DNA of 63,068 bases, counting the filler, from Octopus bimaculoides (Eukaryota): assembly GCF_001194135.2 (NCBI RefSeq). It is 6 parts of 5 records of this genome, joined end to end, with 100 filler letters (N's around TTAATTAATTAA, not from the genome) between each part and the next. Parts side by side here need not be neighbours in the genome. Positions count along the whole stretch, not along the records: positions 46,763 to 53,817 come from NC_068981.1; positions 53,918 to 60,792 come from NC_069009.1; positions 60,893 to 63,068 come from NC_068981.1; 3 more parts are not named here. The stretch is one strand, 5' to 3'. The notes below the pieces were generated by a model. It did not search any database. It worked only from the letters and a program-made list of their open reading frames with translations, and was not told the origin of the DNA. A program made the position numbers and the translations under genes. Shown here piece after piece: positions 51,066 through 63,068 of the stretch (the stretch's first letter is position 1; the number at the start of each line of letters is the position of its first letter).

Positions 51066-52523
51066 ACACACATACATATATAGATATATATTCGTGTGTG
51101 TGTATTTGTGTGTGTGTATAAAATCAAAATTAGGGAATGGAGTGGATAAAATCCAGGCTACATATGTTTCATAGCTAGCAGAACCTCGAAAGTAGTAATT
51201 GCTCAAACGAGGATAATCCGCTAGCTACTTGTCGGGCCCAAGATAGCTAATCAAATGAAGTTTATATTGTCAAGGGATCGCATGTTAACTTGCAGGAGAC
51301 TCGATCGAAAATGCGTAGAATGCTTACTAACTTCCCACACCTTGATCCATGAATCTTACCTTTACATATTTATATATCTATACATGTACACAAAAATGTA
51401 TTAAGGGTACCATTATATACTTATACATGCATGCATACATACATACATCCATACATACATGTATACGTACATACATACAACAAAAACCTGGAAAAATTAG
51501 GGTTCTCAAAACCTGAAAGAAAAAGGCAGATTAGAAGACTACAGATTCAAGCCATCAATGGAACTGTAAAGATATGTAAAACTCCAAAAATTTAGCACAT
51601 AAATACATATGCATGCATCTAGACATGAAAATATATACATAAAAACGCATCCATAAAACAAACATACAAATCTGCGCATACACTAACACCAAATACTGCA
51701 CACACACACACACATGCACAAATACCTAGATGATGTTGATAAAAGTTCCAATGAAGGAGCCTTGAATTTATGTTAGAATCCGGCTCTTTCTCCANNNNNN
51801 NNNNNNNNNNNNNNNNNNNNNNNNNNNNNNNNNNNNNNNNNNNNNNNNNNNNNNNNNNNNNNNNNNNNNNNNNNNNNNNNNNNNNNNNNNNNNNNNNNNN
51901 NNNNNNNNNNNNNNNNNNNNNNNNNNNNNNNNNNNNNNNNNNNNNNNNNNNNNNNNNNNNNNNNNNNNNNNNNNNNNNNNNNNNNNNNNNNNNNNNNNNN
52001 NNNNNNNNNNNNNNNNNNNNNNNNNNNNNNNNNNNNNNNNNNNNNNNNNNNNNNNNNNNNNNNNNNNNNNNNNNNNNNNNNNNNNNNNNNNNNNNNNNNN
52101 NNNNNNNNNNNNNNNNNNNNNNNNNNNNNNNNNNNNNNNNNNNNNNNNNNNNNNNNNNNNNNNNNNNNNNNNNNNNNNNNNNNNNNNNNNNNNNNNNNNN
52201 NNNNNNNNNNNNNNNNNNNNNNNNNNNNNNNNNNNNNNNNNNNNNNNNNNNNNNNNNNNNNNNNNNNNNNNNNNNNNNNNNNNNNNNNNNNATATACATA
52301 TACATACATATATATATATATATATATATTATTTTGTTTAAAAGAGTTCCAACACTGTCTGTTTTTTATGTTTTATTTATATTCCCAGGAAATATATTTA
52401 AGAGTTCGCAAAAAGTTGAGGAGGAACTGACCTAGCTTTTTTCTCTTGACACAATCATACAAAACCCCCTTTTTTGTATTTATTTTTACTCGCATGTATA
52501 TATATATATATATGTATATATAT

Positions 52524-52715
52524 GGGAGAATATACAAATAATAACAACAGACGAGGACAGGTGGTGTAAATAACAAAAGTATATATTAGTATGACGCTCG
52601 GGAATACGGAAAGTCTTTGACGTTTCGAGCTACGCTCTTCAACAGAAAGAATACGGAGACAAGGAGAAAAACACGGAGAAAAAAAATTGAATAGTGTTCA
52701 GTCAACGGTCAATCG
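52524..52715 (-). repeat. Hammerhead-variant repeat copy (motif 52614-52650)
   Basis: Minus strand: TCTTT CTGTTGA A GAGC GTA GCTC GAAAC GTC AAAGA; stem I TCTTT/AAAGA and stem II GAGC/GCTC pair perfectly. Confidence 0.8.
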
Positions 52716-53698
52716 TGTGTGTGTGTGTGTATGTATATATATATTATATATATATATTTATATATATATGTTTCGCTTAGGCATTACGTGACCAATAATC
52801 TAGTGTAGAACTCAATATGCATGTTTCAGAAGGAAGTGTTAGCTGAGTATAGCGTAGTAAATAGAAAGAGTGATGACAAATGAATAAATGATTATCTTAT
52901 GAACTTCATTAGGTTCAGCTGTTTGTGCTATAGGATGCGGCCAGGACTTGTATCTCGGACGGTAACTTTCTAGGTGCAACCCTATGGTCATTCATGACCG
53001 AAGAGTGTCTTTATATATATCAACAGATGAACACCAAACTTGAGTAAAAGAAAAAAAAAGTACTGGGGTTCATTTGTTCTACTTAAACTCTTGGAGTCGG
53101 TGCTCCAGCATGGTCGCAGTCAAATAACTGAAACAACTAAAAGATAAAAGGTTAAGATGCTTAAACAGTAATACTAGGTGGAAGATATTAGTGGGAAACC
53201 CAATCAGACGGTAGAGTTATCTGATCTGTAAATGAATAGGCTGAAAATCTCAATAATATTTAAAATGAAATTCGTAAAAATACCAGAATAAAAAACTGAA
53301 TTCACATGCCCTAATAAGGAGTGATCCAAGGGAAGTAACATCTTCTATTGCTTTTGAAGATGCCATCATCTTAACGAAATGATAACAGCAATATATATAT
53401 ATATACTTATATAATAGAGATCTGACGGTCGCAGTAAAAATTTCAGTGCCAGAGATATGGATCAAAATAAATAAATAATAGAGGGGAAATAAAATTAAAT
53501 ACATATATGTAGTAGGGTGTTATTACACACATGCACGCGCGTGCACTCACACACACGCGCGCACACACACACACATATACAGGTTTGTATGTATATATTA
53601 ATATCACACATTCGAGCGTATATATGCACAGTAAGTCAAATATCCAAACAAATTTTTAGCCCTATACAAACATAAAAACATATGGATGCACAAATGCA

Positions 53699-53740
<42 letters not shown>

Positions 53741-53919
53741 CATGCATGCATGTATGTATGTATGTGTATATACATGTATGTATATGTATGTATATGTATG
53801 TATGTATGTATATATATNNNNNNNNNNNNNNNNNNNNNNNNNNNNNNNNNNNNNNNNNNNNTTAATTAATTAANNNNNNNNNNNNNNNNNNNNNNNNNNN
53901 NNNNNNNNNNNNNNNNNGC

Positions 53920-54195
53920 ACTTACAAAAGACAGACACATTGAAGGACACGCATGCGTAGACACATACAATACGAATACAAAATACAAAATGGCTAATAG
54001 TTAGCAAGGTGAGACACACATAAGAAAGAAGGAAACAAAGGACCACTGATGAGGTCACAGAAGTGTGACGAAAGAACTCTGGCCAAAATAAGATTAAGAT
54101 TAATGTAATATAAAGCTGAAGCAAATTAACACCAAATATACAGTGCGTGTGTTTTTATTGGCTAAACTGGCAATATGACCATCCCCAAGTACAAC
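53920..54195 (+). mobile_element. Solo pseudo-LTR of the Penelope-like family at 26200-30075
   Basis: Colinear similarity to 29800-30072, ending ctggcaa(t/c)atgaccatccccaa(g/a)tacaac. Confidence 0.8.
54040..54084 (+). ncRNA. Minimal type I hammerhead ribozyme with intact core
   Basis: GGACCA CTGATGA G GTCACA GAAG TGTGAC GAAA GAAC TC TGGCC: CUGAUGA and GAAA cores, 6-bp stem II, very short stem III, CUC cleavage triplet, stem I CCA/UGG plus GG/CC. Confidence 0.8.
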
Positions 54196-54213
54196 AATAT
54201 ATATATATATACA

Positions 54214-55447
54214 CAGGGTGGCCCAGGCATCACAAAGGGGTTTCACTATTAAATAACCTTTTCAATAATTATTTAATTCTTGTTTTATTTCATATTTATA
54301 TACAAATGACTCTAAAATTTAAGCATGGAAAAGTACACTGCTGAACAGTGAACACATATGAAATTTTATTATCAAAACCATGGACCAATAATTCGGACTC
54401 AACGAGCATATTTGTTGCCATTATGGAGCAATGAACTGTCTAAGTGAATCAAGGATCAGTAAATGACCTTCCAAGAATAGGCAGACCTTGCTCCGTTTAG
54501 AAACAAAGCCATAGTCAGGCATGTGAGAGAGAGTGTAGAAGAAGACCCAACAACATCCAACATGAAGATGTTCTGGACAAGTTGAAGTCTGCAGGACATC
54601 ACTCCAATGAATTTTAAAGACAATGAATCTTTTCTGTATAAAATCCGATCAGTGCAACAGCTGAAAGAACCAGACTATGCTGCTAGATTACAATATGCCA
54701 CAAGATTCCAAGAATTAGCAAGAGAAAATCCAGAATTTCTCCATAAATTGATTGTGGCCGATAAAGCCCATTTTCATTTGAATGGGTTCATTAATAGACA
54801 AAGCTGAAGGATTTGGTGTTAAGAAAATCCTACAGCAATCCATCAAAGAGAGACGCATCCCATTAAGTGTACCATCTGGTGTGGAATGACTTCAAAAAAA
54901 GTGATAGGACCTTATTTCTTCGAAAATGAAGAAGGAGACACTGTTACTGTCATGATCCAAAATTTCTTACATCCAGCAGTTCAAGATATGCTTCGTATGT
55001 GGTTTCAGCAGGAGGGAACCGCAACTCACACAACAAGGAACACAATGGATGTTCTCAGGCAAATTTTTGATAAAAAATTAATTTCTCAATTTTCAGAGAT
55101 AAACTGGCCATCTTGTTCTCCAGATTTAACCAGCCCAGACTTTTGTCTATGGAGCTATCTTCAGGAAAAAGTTTATGTCAACAAGTCTCAAAAATAGCAT
55201 TAGAACAGAAATTAGATCACTGGAGCCACAAACATTAAGAGCCGTTATGGAAAATACCTTAGAAAGAGCCCGTTGTTTGTGTGAATTGGAAAATGGAAGC
55301 CATTTAAAAAATGCCGTCTTTCACAGCTGGGGGAAATAAATCTCACATCCTTTTTCTATAACTTACTTACTAAAATATCACAATTTTAAAATAAAATAAA
55401 CAAGATATTAAATATTGAAACCCTTTCGTGACTTCTGGACTACTCTG
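54214..55447 (+). mobile_element. Tc1/mariner (rosa/DD41D-like) transposon, decayed
   Basis: Degenerate TIRs CAGGGTGGCCCAGGCATCACAAAGGGGTTTC / rc CAGAGTAGTCCAGAAGTCACGAAAGGGTTTC; ADKAHFHLNG...IGPYFFE...WFQQEG...WPSCSPDLTSPDF. Confidence 0.85.
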
Positions 55448-55471
55448 CATGTGCATATATATATGTTTGTT

Positions 55472-55512
<41 letters not shown>

Positions 55513-55951
55513 GTTTGTAAAACATAGATGTATGTGTGTGTGTGTGTATATATATATATAGGTTTGTAAAACATACATATATACATATATATGTATGTGT
55601 ATGTATTTGAAAAACCCAAGAGACCCACATCCCCTTGTCACAAACACAAGGGAATTCAAAGAACCAAGATTAAAGTGAAATGAAAAAGAAAGGAAAAGTG
55701 GTGGGCATGGCTATTGCTTTGTGAGGTGGGAGGGGAAAAGGGCTGTGGGAGAAAGGCAGGTGGGAGGGGAGGAAGGTAACATAGAGATGCTAAAAGTAGG
55801 GGACGGAGTTTCATGCCAGTCAAAATGAAAAGAACGTATTAATTTGGCCTCTATCCCTTAAATTCTCATTATTAACGCAGGAAATGAATTTAAATCTTCT
55901 GAATCCTTAACTACATGTTTACACTGAGTGTATGTGTGTGCATACACACTC

Positions 55952-56002
<51 letters not shown>

Positions 56003-56004
<2 letters not shown>

Positions 56005-56286
56005 CAAAACAGTAAAGTGGAAATTTTTTGGTGTTATTTGTTCTCCATTACATTTGTTTCATTTGCTAATAGGAATTACAAAGTTTTACATGTTAGATGG
56101 AAATGTAAGAAATTTCCTACTAGAAATTCTTCAGAGAAAAAACATAATCTGTCCAAAGAATTTTTGATAGGAAAATTCCCTACATGTCTATCTAACATGC
56201 AACACTTTGTAATTCCTATTAGCAAACGAAACATGTGTAATGGTGAATAAATAATCCAAACAAAATTTCCACTTAACTGTTTTGTT
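56003..56286. repeat. Foldback element with about 130-bp inverted arms
   Basis: aacaaaacagtaaagtggaaatttt / aaaatttccacttaactgttttgtt and tttgctaataggaattacaaagt / actttgtaattcctattagcaaa. Confidence 0.9.
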
Positions 56287-56477
56287 ATACAGTAACTTTG
56301 CAAATACTCTTCCATAATTCTCAATTTTAATATATATGTTTTGACTAAAAAAAAAAAAAGCAACAACTGAGACTACATACTGGATTGTAATAACAGAATA
56401 AGCAGATGTACTTCAAGAGGAAATAGTTGAGATTTACCCAAACAACCTACATAATATATATATGATAAAGAACCTTG

Positions 56478-56678
56478 CAGACTCAGAGGGGCCAACTTCC
56501 CGGTTTCTATGACAGGACATAGATCTGTCACAGGGTATGACTCATTTTTGCCAGCTCAGTGGATAGGAACAACATGAAATGAAGTGCTTTACTCCAAGAA
56601 CACAATGAATTGCTCAGTGTAGGAACTAAAACCAGAATCTTATGATCATGAGTCAAACACACTAACCACTAAGCCATG
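56478..56678 (-). mobile_element. SINE (body 2, tail X)
   Basis: Reverse complement head catggcttagtggttag; body shared with 60191-60440; tail catagaaaccgggaa shared with 5274-5590. Confidence 0.7.
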
Positions 56679-56949
56679 TACCTCTACACAAATATATCAT
56701 CATCATCTGTTTTCCATGCTGGCATGGGTTGGACTGTTTGACAGGAGCTGGCAAGCCAGAAGACTGCACCAGGCTTCATTGCTTGTTTTGGCATGGTTTT
56801 TTTATGACCGGATGCTCGTCACACACACACACACACACAAATAATACAAAATGGGACAAGAACGCAAAACATCCAAATAGATGATACAAGGTCATTCGGA
56901 GTTTTCCTTCCTCAGTCGAGATCCAGATTATCTTTGCAATTTTGGCTGG

Positions 56950-56982
<33 letters not shown>

Positions 56983-57039
56983 AAGTTAGTTTTTGTATGT
57001 GGCAGATGTTCAGGTGCAATAAACATTGAAAATGTGCAG

Positions 57040-57310
57040 AAAACAACTTCTGTAACAATCCAGGGAGAAAAACTAGACGTAGTTGATAGCTTCCGATATC
57101 TGGGTGACCGGCCTTCGTGCCGGTGGCACATAAAAGCACCCACTACACTCTGGGAATGGTTGGCATTAGGAAGGGCATCCAGCTGTAGAAACTCTGCCAA
57201 ATCAGATTGGAGCCTGGTGTAGCCATCTGGTTCACCAGTCCTCCGTCAAATCGTCCAACCCATGCTAGCATGGAAAGCAGACGTTAAACGATGATGATGA
57301 TGATGATGAT
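57040..57310 (+). mobile_element. RTE LINE 3' fragment with (GAT)n tail
   Basis: GEKLDVVDSFRYLGD joined to 3' UTR ggttggcattaggaagggcatccagc...ttaaac(gat)n. Confidence 0.8.
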
Positions 57311-57660
57311 GGCTGTGTGGAAAGAAGCTTGCCTCCCAACCACATGGTTCTGTGTTCAGTCCCACTGCATAGCACCTTGGGTATGTGTTTTCTACTATAG
57401 CCTCTGGCCAACCAAAGCCTTGTGAGAGGATTTTGTAAACAGAAACTGAAAGAAGCCTATCCTATGAATTATATATATATATATGTGTGTGTGTCTATCT
57501 TCATGTCCCTGTAACTGAGTGGTTCAGCAAAAAGAGACCAACAGAATAAGTAACAGGCTTTAAAAACAAAGTCCTGGGGTCAATTCGTTCAACTAAAATA
57601 CTTCAAAGCAGTGCTCCAGCATGGCTGCAGTCTAACAACTGAATCAAGTAAAAAGTAAAA
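57311..57660 (+). mobile_element. Microsatellite-containing SINE
   Basis: Homologous to 14470-14870. Confidence 0.85.
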
Positions 57661-58749
57661 GATGTGTGTGTGTGTGAAAGTGCATGGCCTAGTGGTTAAG
57701 AGTACTGCCCTCGTGACCGTGAGATCATGGTTTCAATTCCCAGATCAAGCATTTCATGTTGTTCAGTTCACTCAGCTCCATTGAGGGGGAATTGTTGGCC
57801 TGCTTGCTTAGCCAGCAGGGTGGAATCATTGGCAAGCTAAAACCATGCGAAGTGCACATTGTTAAGTAATAGGAAACACAGAAAAGTTAACTGGTATTTT
57901 TAAGCTTATGCATACACATGTTTCTGCAAGCCAGCAGCTTACTTCTTTGGTATTTCAGTAAAATGTAGTTTTTGCTTAAATACTGAAGAGGTGAGGCACT
58001 GGTTTACAGAAACACGTGAATATCAACTGTGACTGTGTAGGAACTGAGTGTACTCAGTTCTGTGCATCTGTACTCGAGACACAAGAAGTGAGCTTTGATA
58101 GTGAGGTACTTTGTGGAGGAAGAAGTCATGAAATGCATAAGCTAGCTTTTAGTTGGATTTTTAGAGGCGAGTGTAGATAAAATGAGGGCCATGATTTTGG
58201 CAATGATGGTGTTGTTTAGAGTAGAGCAAGTTAACCAATCAGAAGAGAGGGGAGGATAAACAAAGCAAAAAGAGATATGAAAAAAAAGCAAACAAACAAG
58301 GAAAACTCAGTGGCAGGAAAGAAGGAGTTCAGAAGAGTACAGAAAGGAGTACATGAGTTGGAGGGATTAAAGTTAGGTGTGCGTTTTGTTGCATCTCATG
58401 TCGGTGTGTGTCTGTCGTTTTACTTAATGTGTGCGTATGAGGTGGACAAGTCCGGCCAGAGGGAGAGGGGAGTGATGTTGAAGTGAGACACCCGATTCTT
58501 CACGAGGACCAACCCCCAACTGAGTAGAACCTACCCCCCCGCCCGACTTGAAACACTTACCCAGCCCATTTACATGTCCAAGCATCAAAACCTTGCCCTA
58601 CCCAACCCATCACCAACACCATCCACCTAGCCCAGCTTCCTTCTCATCTTGCCATTTCTCCCTCCTCCTCTTCCTCTTCTTCTTCTGTTCATCTTTTTGC
58701 TGTTATTATTATTGCTGTTGTTGTTGTCGTCGTCGCTGTTGCAGCTTCA

Positions 58750-60050
<1,301 letters not shown>

Positions 60051-60190
60051 ACAGCAAACAGGAAATTCTTTTGTGTATTATCTATTCCATATAACGTTTC
60101 ATGATGGATAGGCAGACAAACAGACAGACATCAGGTGGGTTGGGGCAAAAGCAGGAGTAGTTTTTCTAAGAAAAACTCAAAGTGAAGTCA

Positions 60191-60440
60191 CATGGTTTAG
60201 TGGTTAGGGAATTCAGCTTGCAATCATAAGGCTGTGAGTTCAATTCCCAGTGGCACATTCTATCCTTGAGCAAGACACTTAATTCCATGTTGCTCCAGTC
60301 CACCCGGCTGGCAAAAAATGAGTTGTACCTGTGTTTCAAAGGGACAGCCTTGTCATATTCTGTGTCAAGCTGAATCTCCCTGAGAACTAAGTTAAAGGGT
60401 ATGTCTGTGGAATACTCAACCACTCGAACGCTAATTTCAC
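60191..60440 (+). mobile_element. SINE (body 2, tail Y)
   Basis: Head catggtttagtggttaggg, B-box-like gagttcaattccc, ttgagcaagacactt core; tail caaaggg.cagccttgtca..ctgtgtca.gctgaat shared with 4427-4811 and 7357-7640. Confidence 0.75.
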
Positions 60441-60478
60441 ATGCATCCCCCCACCACCACCAACACCCCCATACATAC

Positions 60479-60565
60479 CTCCAACAAAAGCATCTCCAGC
60501 AGCATTGGTGTCAACAATCTCCTCGAAATTGATTGGAATTACTTCATATTTCTCCACCTTCCCCT
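60479..60565 (-). CDS. ADK: Adenosine kinase, penultimate exon (PfkB signature)
   Basis: atttcag|AG GGG...GGA G|gtatgt, 87 nt; GKVEKYEVIPINFEEIVDTNAAGDAFVG(G); splices in frame (phase 1) to 58874. Upstream exons are not in the window. Confidence 0.95.
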
Positions 60566-60681
60566 CTGAAATTATAAACATAGAACAGACAGATGCAGGT
60601 CACATGACTATGAAGATAATAATGATGATGATGATGGATATGATGATGATGATGACAATGGTAGTGGCAGTGAAAATAAGG

Positions 60682-60792
60682 GGATCTATTTTAAAACGGG
60701 GGCACCAGTTTTCATTTATGTTTTATGTAGTGTTTTTGGTACGGAAAGACTTTCAAACTTCGTATACTTATCTATTTTGTGTTATAGAACAG
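60682..60792 (-). mobile_element. Second copy of the 15271-15976 TIR element, opposite orientation, cut by gap
   Basis: ggatctattttaaaacgggggcaccagttttcatttatgttttatgtagtgtttttggtac... is the reverse complement of about 15866-15976. Confidence 0.9.
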
Positions 60793-61136
60793 NNNNNNNN
60801 NNNNNNNNNNNNNNNNNNNNNNNNNNNNNNNNNNNNTTAATTAATTAANNNNNNNNNNNNNNNNNNNNNNNNNNNNNNNNNNNNNNNNNNNNTATATATA
60901 TATATATATATATATATATGGTGGACTATCCCGTCGAAGACGACATTTTTATCGAACGACCTACACAGATGATTTGTTTATAGTGATCAAGTGTTCGTGC
61001 TGCACATTAGCTCACTCACTCCATCAAATCGACGCTGTCTGAACAAGTGCACCTTATACCACGCGTCAGGTGTCAAAATGATCGAAGAGCAATATAAGAT
61101 GAAGTGTTTTTCTCAAGATCAGTATATATATGTACA

Positions 61137-61880
61137 TACAGGGTGTTCAGGGCCAAATTTGACAACTTTTGATGTCGTTTGTTTCCTTTTTTCAAGAATA
61201 GCTGGATGTATTGGAGAACATAAAGATTATAGTTGTAGTTGACCATAAGTTAGCTAACACAGAAGACTGGAAGCCATCTGAATTTGAAAAAAAAGAGCTA
61301 GCTGTATCATGATGAGTCGCGCTAGGTAGCAAAATACCAACATCAATGCTCTGTGAACATTATAAAGGTTGTAAGATGTGGCATACACAACTGCTGCAGA
61401 AACTACAAAGCCGTGACCAGCAGAAATGTACACAGCAGGCGTTCTGACTGTGTCCACACGCTGCACTTCATCCCCACATCTTTGAACAGAGACTTAGGCT
61501 CAATTCAAACGGTTACGTGTAGCTGCTAGAGACAGAGGTCAATCTCTAGCTGGAGAGGGTTGTTGCTGGAAGACCATACATGTGACAGCAGGATTCGTCT
61601 CAATGCCACACCTCCGGAAAGAGTTAGAAGTGGTTGTCGGAGAATTTCTACGTCTTCACCAGCCCCAATTTCTGGCCTCCTAATTTCCCTGATTGTAATT
61701 CCATGGATTACTAAATGTGGGGCGCGGTTGAGAAACACATCAACCGCTCTGCCGGCAACACCAAGGCCGAACTGACAGCCAAGATTAAGGAGGTGTTCGA
61801 AGATCTTCCCTGGAATACAATGAGGAGCGTATTCGCCATGTTCCCCAGCCGTCTTGTGGTCTTTCTCAAGCTTGCTGGCC
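61137..61880 (+). mobile_element. Internally deleted DD37D/maT-like mariner
   Basis: Left end tacagggtgttc; QQDSSQCHTS...FWPPNFPDCNSMDY*MWGAVE...NTKAELTAKI. Confidence 0.75.
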
Positions 61881-62279
61881 ATGTGCCAATATTTGAAACC
61901 AATATTTCCCTTGTTTCTTTGTGTCACTGCTTTCTTCAATACAGTGTCTGTAGGTAGTAATTTTTTTTACAAAGCCTCTCTTTCCAGTTCTGCTGAAGAA
62001 ATTATCATGTGTCCAGATATATTTCTCTATTTGCTAGACAACTAGAAAAAACGATCATGCCAGATAAGTTATAGAATATGTATGTATGTTTTTTCAAAAC
62101 AGTTCGCATTCATTTTCGTGTGAACGTTCGTTATAAGTGTAGATATGCGTGCACACACATACGTACATTCACAAGCGCATAACTTACTCATTTAAATCAC
62201 ATATCAATAACATTAATATGTATGTGTGTATATGTGTGTCTATACATATGTGTCTGCGCATAGTATTTATACCCCCAGA

Positions 62280-62339
<60 letters not shown>

Positions 62340-62639
62340 AAACTAATAACATCATAAATATATGAAAGTGTGTGTATGTGTGTGTGTGCCTACGTACGTA
62401 TGTACATGTGCGTATTAATAACCTTCGTGAATACATATTAACAAAGGGACATGCACACATTAAGCAGCCATAGCAACATTTACATATATACGTTTATAAA
62501 CACACAAATACTTGGACACAGCAGCCGTATTCACGAGTTAACCAAGTCAACAAAAAGGCAGCTAAATCGATGAAATTCACAAGAATTAATGGGATAAGTT
62601 TTATTTGACATCGCTCAGTAAACAAAACATCTAATAATT

Positions 62640-62694
62640 ATAATATATATATCCATTGGAGCACACATTCACATATATGTATATATGTGTCTTT

Positions 62695-62767
<73 letters not shown>

Positions 62768-63068
62768 CATACATATTTATACATATATAAATAGACATTC
62801 ATATATACACACATACATATATAAATATATGCATGTATATGTATATACACATATACGTACATATATACATACATATATATACATTATATATATATATATG
62901 TAAATATACACATACATACACACACATATATACACATTCACGCACACACACACACATATAAATATATATATATATATATATATACAGAAATATATACAGA
63001 TATATATACCTATATGCATACATACGTACATACATGTAAAAGTGTGTATGTATATCTTTATATATATA
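62640..63068. repeat. (CA)n/(TA)n/(TACA)n compound microsatellite
   Basis: Directly visible. Confidence 0.95.

Noticed and set aside
58600-58749. Possible C-terminal extension or readthrough of ADK into poly-Thr/Glu or Asn/Arg tracts
   Set aside because: The stop aligns with the vertebrate C-terminus and is followed by a second TGA; downstream frames are trinucleotide repeats with stops.

Overview
AT-rich, gap-containing animal genomic DNA. The dense (TA)n/(CA)n/(TACA)n/(GATA)n microsatellites and the SINE, LINE and DNA-transposon families point to an octopod cephalopod (inference from repeat content; no search run). Host coding sequence I can recognise is limited to the last two exons of adenosine kinase (ADK, minus strand, 60479-60565 and 58750-58874) and one isolated internal otubain (OTUB1-like) exon (minus strand, 38242-38326). 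The rest is mostly decayed mobile DNA: three Penelope-like elements, an R2/Hero-type LINE, RTE, CR1 and R4-like fragments, a Tc1 element with a nested Chapaev3-like transposon, maT/rosa-type mariners, piggyBac and Helitron remnants, MITEs, two foldback elements and many tRNA-derived SINEs. The most interesting signals are: minimal hammerhead ribozymes tied to Penelope-like repeats, including a recurring CUGUUGA core variant; a TIR element with an 8-bp TSD carrying TTAGGG repeats; 2x2 module shuffling among SINEs; a templated 33-bp copy inside the Hero element; and the orphan OTUB exon. There is no CRISPR array, rRNA or true tRNA gene, and no clear novel protein-coding system. Boundaries of decayed elements are approximate.
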